Made by a program: the position numbers and the translations under genes | The notes under the pieces: generated by a model | Database searches by the model: none | The model's input: only the letters and a program-made list of their open reading frames with translations | Told to the model about the DNA's origin: nothing | Shown: one piece after another, positions 56,538-64,000 of the stretch | Position numbering within the stretch: the stretch's first letter is position 1 | Layout of the letters: every line of letters starts with the position of its first letter | Assembly (NCBI GenBank): GCA_039798785.1 | Contig: JBDKFG010000021.1 | Span: forward strand, 10,423-74,422 | DNA from: Verrucomicrobiota bacterium | GTDB lineage: Bacteria; Verrucomicrobiota; Lentisphaeria; Lentisphaerales; Lentisphaeraceae | Direction: 5' to 3' | Length of the DNA: 64,000 nucleotides

Positions 56538-58259
56538 ATGAGCCGCAACGATGACAATCTCCCTGCCAACGCCTTTCTCAGTGAGTTGCAGGAGGCGGTG
56601 GCGAACATGCCTGCCCGTCAGATCAAGGCGGCCCTTCTGACCTATGCCAGCGATCTGCCTCCAAGCCGCCGCCTCGAACTGCTGCAGATGCTCGTCCTCG
56701 GCGAAGACGCCGAAGAGAACGACAAGCCGGAACCCGATCGCGGCCTCGCTGCGGATTGCGAGACCTTCGCCGCCGCCATCCGCGCCGGTGCCTACACCCA
56801 CGAGCTCGACATCGCCAACCCCAGCGAAGTGCCAGCCTGGGTCGATGACATGGATGTCCTCTTCGACCGCGCTGACCAATCCTTTGCCCACGGCGATTAC
56901 AAAGTCGCGGCCAAGGCCTACGGCATCCTCCTCGACAGCCTGCACCTGGCGGAGAACATCGCGGTCGAACACAGCATGTACTCCGCCCAGGACATCGTTG
57001 TCACCGACATCAACGCCGTCAAGGCCCGTCATCTCCGCTCGCTTTACGAGACCCTGCCGGCGAAAGAGCGTGCACCGAAGCTGCTCGAGGCGCTGCGCCG
57101 CGACGTCGCCTTCGGCAGCCGCATCGGCCTGGCCGAAGTCGAGAAGGCTGCAGATGACGAGCTGGCCGGTCGCGACAAGTTCCTCAGGTCGTGGATCAGC
57201 GAACTGGAGAAAGCGGCCGCCGACGCCAACCTCGACGGCTTTGAGGACAGCCGCCGCGCTCTCCTGCGCGAAGCGGTGCAGCTGCAGAACGGCCTCAACG
57301 GTTTGCGCCAGCTCGCCGAACGCGAAGGCCCCGCCCACGCCGAAGCCTGGTACGACCTGGTGGCTCAGCTGGTCCGGGGCGGCGAAGTGAAGCAGGCCGA
57401 AGAGGCCTGCCGCAGCGGCATCAAGATCCTCCAGGAGCCGCATGAAAAGGCGGTGCTCGCCGACTGGCTCGCCGAACTCGCCTTCCAGGACGGCGACCGC
57501 AAGATGGCTCTCGACTTCCGCCGCCAGGCCTGGCGCTTCGAGCCGAGCCAGCTGCGCCTCATCTCCTGGTGCGCCACCAGCGCCACGCCCCTACCCGATG
57601 ATCAGCTCGCCGAAGAGGTGGAATACCTCCACTCCCAGCAGAACGCCCGCTTCTCCCGCCTGATCAGCATGCTCGAAATCCTCCGCGGTGAATACGAGCT
57701 GCCCCGCAAGGCCATCCTCGCCGCCGACCCGCTCGGCTGGACCCCCGAATCCCACCCCGGCCCGCTGGTCTACACCTTCCTCCTCGTCGCCGGCTCGGGC
57801 CTCAAGGACATCCCGGAAGGCAGCTCCATCGCCGCCCTGGTCGAAGCCAACAACACCCTCTTCATCCGCTGGCAGAACCAGCTCGCCGAAAGCGGCAAGA
57901 TCTACAGCTACCTGGACGCGATGATGCCGGCCCTGCGCCGCCATAAACCCAACAAGTCGCAACGGGAGCTCTTCCTCGCCACCGCCCGCACCGTCTGCCT
58001 CGACCGGGTCAAGGCCATCCTCAGCGCCGGTTGGGAACACGCCTTCGACAAGGCCGCACGCATGGCCGTCGGTTTCGCCGAAGCCTGCTTCCTCGCCGGC
58101 GGTCGCGACGAAGGCCTCGGCCTCCTCACCACCCTCCGCAATCAACACCTGCGCAACCACAGCTTCCGCTCGAAACTGCGCTCCTTGATCAACGAATCCC
58201 CCCTCCTCCCGGCAGTCACCGAACAGGGCAACTATGTCGAGAAGCCGGGGAAGGGATGA
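56538..58259 (+). CDS. Hypothetical alpha-helical/TPR-like protein
   Basis: 573-aa ORF with GGAGG RBS and host-like codon usage. Confidence 0.75.
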   Translation: MSRNDDNLPANAFLSELQEAVANMPARQIKAALLTYASDLPPSRRLELLQMLVLGEDAEENDKPEPDRGLAADCETFAAAIRAGAYTHELDIANPSEVPAWVDDMDVLFDRADQSFAHGDYKVAAKAYGILLDSLHLAENIAVEHSMYSAQDIVVTDINAVKARHLRSLYETLPAKERAPKLLEALRRDVAFGSRIGLAEVEKAADDELAGRDKFLRSWISELEKAAADANLDGFEDSRRALLREAVQLQNGLNGLRQLAEREGPAHAEAWYDLVAQLVRGGEVKQAEEACRSGIKILQEPHEKAVLADWLAELAFQDGDRKMALDFRRQAWRFEPSQLRLISWCATSATPLPDDQLAEEVEYLHSQQNARFSRLISMLEILRGEYELPRKAILAADPLGWTPESHPGPLVYTFLLVAGSGLKDIPEGSSIAALVEANNTLFIRWQNQLAESGKIYSYLDAMMPALRRHKPNKSQRELFLATARTVCLDRVKAILSAGWEHAFDKAARMAVGFAEACFLAGGRDEGLGLLTTLRNQHLRNHSFRSKLRSLINESPLLPAVTEQGNYVEKPGKG

Positions 58260-58283
58260 GTTTGACGCCACGTTTCTGACGAA

Positions 58284-58434
58284 TCACTCCACCCAGGTCT
58301 CGCATCGAAGTTGCGGAATCCGCTGAAACTCACGCAGATTGTGGATGACCAAGACGCCGCCGAGAGAACGGACAATCGCGGCAATCATGCTTAGCCGCCT
58401 CCTGATCAAAAGCAATGACTCTTATGCTCTGCAT
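58284..58434 (-). pseudogene. VapC (PIN toxin) C-terminal remnant, internally deleted and frameshifted
   Basis: Frame 1 QSIRVIAFDQEAAKH; frame 2 MIAAIVRSLGGVLVIHNLREFQRIPQLRCETW match the VapC pattern FD..AA / IAA...LVT.N.REF.R.P.L....W. Confidence 0.6.
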
Positions 58435-58454
58435 TCTGTGTCTCCCTTCAACTC

Positions 58455-59789
58455 TCACTTGTACTTCATCAGCACCTGGTAGGGGAAGATCGACGAGCTG
58501 TGGCCGTCGCTCCAGCTCATGGCGACGGCGTAGTTGCCCATCGGGGCGATGTGTTCGGGGTGGACGCCGGCGTCGACCTCGTGGTCCTGGAGGATCTTCT
58601 CGCCGGTGCGTTCGTCGATGCAGCGGGCGCAGCGGCAGGCGCGGCGGAGGGTGGCGGGGGCGATGCTGAAGGGCTCTTCGCCGGGGACGCTGACGACGAT
58701 GCCTTCGCCGGCAATGTACTGGACGCTGGGGGGGCGCTGCTTGGTGTGGCGCAGGCGCTCGGTCTCGCGCACCACCGAGGCGGAGATGTCGGCAAAGGCC
58801 TTGGCGATGGCGCCGGCGGGTTCGGCGAGGACGGTCGGGATGCCGGTGTCGCCGGCGGCGCTGAGAGCCTGGACGATGGGCAGTTCGAAGCTGTGGCGGA
58901 TGCCGTAGAGTTCGCGCAGGCGGCGGGCGGCGCCGTGGCCGAAGGGGTGGTGTTTCTCCTCGCATTTGCCGCAGGTGAAGTAGCTCATGTTCTCGACCAC
59001 CGCGACCACCGGCACTTCGAGCTTTTCGAACATCTGCAAGCCTTTGACGACGTCGACGAAGCTGAGGTTCTGGGGGGTGGTGACGACGACGGCGGAGGAG
59101 AAGGGGACTTGCTGCAGCAGGGTGAGCTGGATGTCGCCGGTGCCGGGGGGGAAGTCGACGACGAGGTAGTCGAGCTCTTCCCAGTCGCTGCCGCCGAGGA
59201 GCTGGCCGATGACCTGGCTGACCATCGGGCCGCGCATGATCGCGGCTTCGTCGGTGGCGTTGACGAAGCCGAAGCTCATCAGCTTGACGCCTTCGTATTC
59301 GAGCGGGGCGATCATCTGGTTGTTCTGGTAGATGTCGCGGTCGGCGGGAGACACCATGCTGGGCAGGCTGGGACCGTAGATGTCGGCGTCGAAGATGCCG
59401 ACCTTGGCGCCGGTGCGGGCGATGGAGTAGGCGAGGTTGACCGCGACGGTGGACTTGCCGACGCCGCCTTTGCAGCTGGAGACGGCGATGACGTTGCGGA
59501 CGCGTTGCAGGCCTTTCATCTTGGCGTTGCCGCCGGGGGCCTGGGGGCGCGAGGTCATGGTGATCTTCACCGACTTGACCCAGTCGAGAGCTTTGACCAG
59601 GCGCTCGGCGGTGGAGCGGAACTCCTCCTTCACCGGGCAGGCCGGAGTGGTCAGCTCGATCGAGAAGGAGACTTCGCCGCCGGCGGTCTTGAGCTCTTTG
59701 ATGAAGCCGAGGCTGACGATGTCGCGGCCGAGGTCGGGGTCTTGGATGACGGACAGGGCTTTCAGGACGGCGTTGTCGTATTCTTGCAT
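58455..59789 (-). CDS. Mrp/ApbC Fe-S carrier ATPase with DUF59 N-terminus and DUF971-like C-terminus (HCF101 architecture)
   Basis: DPDLGRDIVSLG..LTTPACP; SCKGGVGKST; MRGPMV; DFPPGTGDIQLT; CRCARCIDE..MGNYAVAMSWSDGH; start ATG 59789. Confidence 0.9.
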   Translation of the reverse strand: MQEYDNAVLKALSVIQDPDLGRDIVSLGFIKELKTAGGEVSFSIELTTPACPVKEEFRSTAERLVKALDWVKSVKITMTSRPQAPGGNAKMKGLQRVRNVIAVSSCKGGVGKSTVAVNLAYSIARTGAKVGIFDADIYGPSLPSMVSPADRDIYQNNQMIAPLEYEGVKLMSFGFVNATDEAAIMRGPMVSQVIGQLLGGSDWEELDYLVVDFPPGTGDIQLTLLQQVPFSSAVVVTTPQNLSFVDVVKGLQMFEKLEVPVVAVVENMSYFTCGKCEEKHHPFGHGAARRLRELYGIRHSFELPIVQALSAAGDTGIPTVLAEPAGAIAKAFADISASVVRETERLRHTKQRPPSVQYIAGEGIVVSVPGEEPFSIAPATLRRACRCARCIDERTGEKILQDHEVDAGVHPEHIAPMGNYAVAMSWSDGHSSSIFPYQVLMKYK

Positions 59790-59902
59790 GCGAGGAAGTC
59801 TCCGGGTTTTTGGTCCGCCCAACTTAGTTCCCCTAGCTTCGCCGCACAAGGATCGCCCCGTGGATTTCGCACCGACGAAGGCAACAACAGGCACCTCAAC
59901 CT

Positions 59903-59969
59903 GGATTCCGAAGCTGAGCTTGGGCTCAGCTCGGGAATCCGATTCAAGATTCAAAATTCAAGATTCAAC
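59903..59969. repeat. Hairpin plus solo heptamer array with the same unit as the hutU/hutH arms
   Basis: GGATTCC..AGCTGAGC-TTGG-GCTCAGCT..GGAATCC then ATTCAAG ATTCAAA ATTCAAG ATTCAAC (59942-59969). Confidence 0.75.
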
Positions 59970-60041
59970 AGAACGCGAACAAAATCAAAGATTAGACTGA
60001 AGGCTGACTCACAGCTTCAACTTCGGAATCGAGGCTCAACG

Positions 60042-60081
60042 AAAACGCCCGACGCGGTCCGGGAGGAGACCGCGCCGGGCG
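60042..60081 (-). terminator. Intrinsic terminator after the exbD-like gene
   Basis: Minus strand CGCCCGGCGCGGTC...GACCGCGTCGGGCG followed by TTTT. Confidence 0.55.
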
Positions 60082-60102
60082 CACCCGGTCACCGGGATTT
60101 TT

Positions 60103-60537
60103 TTACTGGGCCAAACGATCCTTGAGATAGAAGAATTTGATCTTGGTGAGACGATGCTTCGCCAGCAGATCCGTCAACTGCACCAGCTGCTCCTGAGTCG
60201 CCTGGTTCGACAACTTCAAATTGACAATCGTCCCCAGACGCTCCGGCATTTCCGGATCCGGCAGGCTGTTGTCCTCGAAGAATTTCATCGCTTCTTCGAG
60301 CGCTTCCGGCCGAGCATAAGGCTGGCCTTGGAAATAATAACCGTCGGACTGCACGGTCAGGTCGAAGGTGACAGGCGGCGTGATCGGCTGCGTGCCAGGA
60401 CTCGGCGCATTCACCGCTACAAAGGATTCCTCCTTCACCTCCTTCTGCATCACGACGAAATAGATCAACAAGAGGAAGGTGACATCGATCATCGCCGAAA
60501 TCGGTACTTCCGCGGCTTCTTGAATTCTCCTGCCCAT
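60103..60537 (-). CDS. ExbD/TolR-family protein (stand-alone paralogue)
   Basis: VPISAMIDVTFLLLIYFVV TM with the conserved Asp. Confidence 0.85.
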   Translation of the reverse strand: MGRRIQEAAEVPISAMIDVTFLLLIYFVVMQKEVKEESFVAVNAPSPGTQPITPPVTFDLTVQSDGYYFQGQPYARPEALEEAMKFFEDNSLPDPEMPERLGTIVNLKLSNQATQEQLVQLTDLLAKHRLTKIKFFYLKDRLAQ

Positions 60538-60578
60538 CGGTAAACTCCTTCGTTTGCTTCCGGCTCTCGCCTTAATTC

Positions 60579-60608
60579 ATCATAATTGACATCTTTGACT
60601 TTGTCAAT
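60579..60608 (-). promoter_or_regulatory. Near-consensus sigma70 promoter overlapped by a palindrome
   Basis: TTGACA-N17-TATGAT; ATTGACA-N10-TGTCAAT (60585-60608). Confidence 0.7.
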
Positions 60609-60642
60609 AACAACAGAGCGGATTTATCAAAAATCAAAGATC

Positions 60643-61752
60643 TCACCTCTCCAGCAGCCGCAACATCTCGGCATTCACCTTGGCCACATCGAAGCGTTCC
60701 TCGGCGAAGCTCCGCGACGCTTCGGCGTAGCGGCGGCAGCGTTCCGGCTCGGAGAGGAGGCTGGCGATCGCCGCCGCCAGAGCTTGCGGGTCGCGCAAAG
60801 GCACGAGTTCGCCGTTGATCCCCGGGCGCACCGTCTCGCGGCAGCCGGGGGCGTCGGTGGTGACGATCGGGCGTCCGCAGGCCAAGGCCTCGAGGGCGGC
60901 GCGCGAGGTGCCTTCGCGCCAGGAGGGCAGGACGAAGAGGCGGGATTCGGCCAGCCATTTGCCGACCTCCTGGCTGGGGCCGACGGCTTCGCAGGTCCCG
61001 CCGCTCCAGGCTTCGATGTCGCTGCGCCGGTGGCCGCTGGGGCCGCTGTCCTCGGGACCGACGATGACGAAGCGCGCCGAAGGAAATTGCGGCTTCAGCA
61101 AAGCCGCGGCCTCGGCGAATTCGCGCACCCCTTTTTCCTTCAGGAGACGGGCGACGCAGAGGACCAGCGGCGGCCCCTCGGGCAGGGGGCTTTGCGGGAA
61201 GCGCGACAGGTGCACTCCCGAGCCGGCGACCAGCGCGGTGATTTCCGGCCGGACCAATTTCGCCTCGACAAAAACCCCTCGGTCGTCGGGATTCTGGAAG
61301 ATCACCCGATCCGCCTGGGCGCAAGCGTTGCGGTAGAGAAGGCGGGCGGCGAAGCCGATCAGCTTGGCTTTGAATCCGGCGCCGATGAAGGTGTAGCCGA
61401 GGCCGGTGACCAAGGCGATGGCGCGCGGCACCCCGGCGGCGCGGGCGGCGGGGATGCCGTAGACCACCGGCTTGATCGTCGTCGCCAAGAAGATGTCGGG
61501 CTTTTCCTCCTTGAGCAGATCCCGGAGCTGGCGGTAGAAGCGCAGGTCGCCGAGGGGGCTGATGCCGTTGCGACGGAAGGGCAGGGCCCGGTAGCGGGCG
61601 CCGTTGGCCTCGAGCTGCGCCGCGGCGAGCGGATCGTCCTCGGGCGCGAGGCAGAGGACTTGATGGCCGGAATCGACCAGGAATTTCACCAGATCGCCGC
61701 GGAAATTGGCGAGCATCGCGGCGGGGGCGCCCATGATGACGATTCGGGACAT
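60643..61752 (-). CDS. GT4 glycosyltransferase (CapM/PglA-like)
   Basis: NFRGDL, TIKPVVYG, TGLGY, FQNPDD, GSGV, ARLLKEKGVREF, VLPSWREG, TTDAPGCRE. Confidence 0.92.
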   Translation of the reverse strand: MSRIVIMGAPAAMLANFRGDLVKFLVDSGHQVLCLAPEDDPLAAAQLEANGARYRALPFRRNGISPLGDLRFYRQLRDLLKEEKPDIFLATTIKPVVYGIPAARAAGVPRAIALVTGLGYTFIGAGFKAKLIGFAARLLYRNACAQADRVIFQNPDDRGVFVEAKLVRPEITALVAGSGVHLSRFPQSPLPEGPPLVLCVARLLKEKGVREFAEAAALLKPQFPSARFVIVGPEDSGPSGHRRSDIEAWSGGTCEAVGPSQEVGKWLAESRLFVLPSWREGTSRAALEALACGRPIVTTDAPGCRETVRPGINGELVPLRDPQALAAAIASLLSEPERCRRYAEASRSFAEERFDVAKVNAEMLRLLER

Positions 61753-61850
61753 GTGACTTCCTGATTTTTTCGCCACAGTATCTCGCCTCGGGTGGGATGC
61801 GAGCCGGGGGACGCGGGTTATAATGGCCCATCCTAGCAGGAGAATGGCCT

Positions 61851-62411
61851 ATGCCCGAGAGTTCCGCCGCCTCACCATCCGCCTCCGGCCTTTGCGCCAA
61901 GTGTTCGCGTCCGGTCTCGGTCGCCAGCGGCACCTGTTACTACTGCCGCGAGGTGCCGAAAGAAAAAGAAGCTGAGCTGACCTTGCTCGCTCTCGACCTG
62001 GAGCGCAAAGCCGAGAAGGAGGCCGAGGCCGCCAAGACCGAAGGCTCCCTGATCTTTATCGCCGTCTTCCTCGCCGCAGTCACATGCCTGGGCATGATCC
62101 TCGCCGCCGGCTCCGGCACCCTGAGTCCGAGCGACCGCGTCCTCTCCGGCATGTTCGCCCTCTCCGCCGCCTTCGTCGCCTTCTTCCTCTTCCGCGGCAG
62201 CCTCGCCTTCATCTGCCTGTCCTCGATCTTCAATGTCTGCGCCGTGCTGCACTCTTTCATGCTCATCATGCCGATGCAGAAAGGCGCCCCGCCGGTGTCG
62301 AAAATGGTCAGCTTCAGTTGCTACGGCGTCATCTTCAGCGCCGGCCTCTCCGCCGCCGCCCTCGGCTTCCTCGCCTACCTGATCTGGAAACGGGATAAAG
62401 CGCCGAACTGA
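61851..62411 (+). CDS. Hypothetical membrane protein with N-terminal CxxC..CxxC
   Basis: CAKC..CYYC followed by four TM-like segments. Confidence 0.6.
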   Translation: MPESSAASPSASGLCAKCSRPVSVASGTCYYCREVPKEKEAELTLLALDLERKAEKEAEAAKTEGSLIFIAVFLAAVTCLGMILAAGSGTLSPSDRVLSGMFALSAAFVAFFLFRGSLAFICLSSIFNVCAVLHSFMLIMPMQKGAPPVSKMVSFSCYGVIFSAGLSAAALGFLAYLIWKRDKAPN

Positions 62412-62414
62412 ATC

Positions 62415-62541
62415 GGGTTAAAGGCAAGCAGCCGAGGACTCAGTGACCCAAGACGCAAGACTCAGATTCCAGCTAAACAACTCGACCGGGACGGTCGAGC
62501 CACATTCCTCCAACCCTTCCAACCCCTAAAACCCTTTCCCC
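62415..62541. repeat. Dispersed repeat related to 3357-3420, ending in a 9-mer array before murC
   Basis: GGTTAAAGGCAAG..GACTCAGTG..CCAAGACGCA..GACTCAG shared with 3357-3420; CCTCCAACC CTTCCAACC CCTAAAACC. Confidence 0.65.
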
Positions 62542-63900
62542 ATGAAAATCTTCCTCGTCGGTCTCGGCGGCATCGGCATGTCCGCGCTCGCCCAAGTTCT
62601 CCGCCACCAGGGCCATGAAGTCGCCGGTTCCGACCGCGACCTCTCGACCCCCGCCCAGGTCGAGCTCTTTGCGAAGCTCGCGAAACAAGGGATCCGCGCC
62701 TACCCGCAGGACGGCTCGGGGATCCGCGATTTCCGTCCCGAACGCCTGGTCTATTCGACCGCGATCGAGAACGACAATCCCGACTTCGCCGCCGCGCCCG
62801 AGATCCCCAAGATCCACCGCGCTGCCGCCCTCGCCGAGGCGATCGCCGCCTCCGGCCTGCCCCAGATCGCGGTCGCCGGCTCCTGCGGCAAGACCTCGGT
62901 CACCGGCTGGATCGGCTCCTGCCTCGCCGCCCTCGGCAAAGACCCCTGCGTCATCAACGGCGGCTACGGCCGCGACTTCATCACCGACACCTATCCCGGC
63001 AACTTCCGCCCCGGTTCGGGCTGTATCGTCTTCGAAGCCGACGAGTCCGACGGCTCCCTCGTCACCTTCTCCCCCGAAGTCGCCTTGCTGCTCAACCTCG
63101 GCGACGATCACTACGACGAAGCCAAGCTGAAGCAGCTTTTCGCCACCTTCCTAGGTCGCGCCCGCCGCGGCGTTGCGGTCAACGCACATCTCGCGGACCT
63201 CGCTCCCGCCGGCGTCCCGGTGGTCCGATTCATCGAAGAGCCCGAAGGCCTAGCTTCAGGCGAGGCCCTGCGCGCCCTCGAGCTCAAGCACGGCCCGACT
63301 GGCCTCGAATTCCGCCTCGCCAAAGGCTCTCAAATCAAGACCCAGCAATGGGGTCGCCACTCCGCCTCGAACGCCCTCGCCGTCCTTGCCGCGCTGCAGG
63401 CCTTCGGCATCGCCCCGGAAGAGGCCGCCGCCGCCCTCTTCGCCTTCACCGGCGTCCGCCGCCGCTTCGAGGCCAAGGGCCTGCGTGGACAGGTGCGGAT
63501 CTACGACGACTATGCCCACAACCCCCAGAAGATCGCCGCGATCGTCCGCACCGGCCAGGAGATCTCCCCGGCCAAGGCGATCTTCGTCTTCCAGCCGCAT
63601 GGCTTCAAGCCCCTGCGCGACATGCGCGAGCCGCTCCTGCGCGAGCTCAAGGCCTGCCTGCGCCCGCAGGACCGCTTCTTCTTCCTGCCGGTCTTCTACG
63701 CCGGCGGCAGCACCTCCTTCCAACCCAGCGCCGACGAAGTGGTCGCCGAATACACCGCGACCGGCCTGCCGGTCGAACTGCTCAAGACCCGGGCCGAACT
63801 CGAGCCCATCCTTGACGCCGAAAAGGAAGCCCAGGTCTGCATCGTCCTCGGGGCGCGAGATCCCTCCTTGATCGACTGGACGGATGCGCTGGGGGAGTGA
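62542..63900 (+). CDS. murC: UDP-N-acetylmuramate--L-alanine ligase-like (MurC)
   Basis: GLGGIGMSALA, YSTAI, AGSCGKTSVT, EADESDGS, GVRRRFE, DDYAHNP, FQPH. Confidence 0.88.
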   Translation: MKIFLVGLGGIGMSALAQVLRHQGHEVAGSDRDLSTPAQVELFAKLAKQGIRAYPQDGSGIRDFRPERLVYSTAIENDNPDFAAAPEIPKIHRAAALAEAIAASGLPQIAVAGSCGKTSVTGWIGSCLAALGKDPCVINGGYGRDFITDTYPGNFRPGSGCIVFEADESDGSLVTFSPEVALLLNLGDDHYDEAKLKQLFATFLGRARRGVAVNAHLADLAPAGVPVVRFIEEPEGLASGEALRALELKHGPTGLEFRLAKGSQIKTQQWGRHSASNALAVLAALQAFGIAPEEAAAALFAFTGVRRRFEAKGLRGQVRIYDDYAHNPQKIAAIVRTGQEISPAKAIFVFQPHGFKPLRDMREPLLRELKACLRPQDRFFFLPVFYAGGSTSFQPSADEVVAEYTATGLPVELLKTRAELEPILDAEKEAQVCIVLGARDPSLIDWTDALGE

Positions 63901-64000
63901 ACCTAATCCGACTCCGCCGGAACCGAAGCCTGCGGCGCGGGACAAGGAGACGCAGGGCTGCCGCCCCGCACCCCGCTTGGGGTCGCGACCCCAAACCCCT

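Noticed and set aside
63950..64000. G/C-run palindromic sequence at the window end
   Set aside because: Probably the start of another REP-like element, but truncated and not assessable

Overview
GC-rich bacterial chromosome segment with about 55 CDS. It is probably from the PVC superphylum, Lentisphaerota-like; this is inferred from a pseudopilin-like H-x(n)-DG protein, an ECF sigma/Ser-Thr kinase pair, a stand-alone ExbD paralogue and a tandem-trypsin HtrA. Housekeeping and accessory genes include rluA, hslO, an AlkB-family gene, folD, pcnB, a DD-carboxypeptidase, hom, hutU/hutH, lutB/lutC, an HCF101-type Mrp and murC. There is also a sigma54-driven flagellar cluster (fliW-fliC, flgB-flgC-fliE), the rtcB2-prfH ribosome rescue/repair operon, and a 2013-aa secreted protein followed by an FtsK/EssC-like ATPase. 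No rRNA, tRNA, CRISPR array or intact transposase was seen. The strongest unexplained signal is a family of operon-internal cassettes bounded by INVERTED arrays of short tandem repeats (7-, 8- and 10-mers). One encloses a four-helix-bundle gene between hutU and hutH and another encloses a GxxExxY gene between lutB and lutC; empty and solo-arm versions occur elsewhere. Each filled cassette would fold the mRNA into a long stem with the cargo gene looped out, like an intervening sequence. A second highlight is rtcB2: it has no canonical start codon at its conserved N-terminus, has an ATT at ideal SD spacing, and is preceded by a leader peptide and a possible anti-SD switch. All calls come from reading motifs by eye; no database searches were run.
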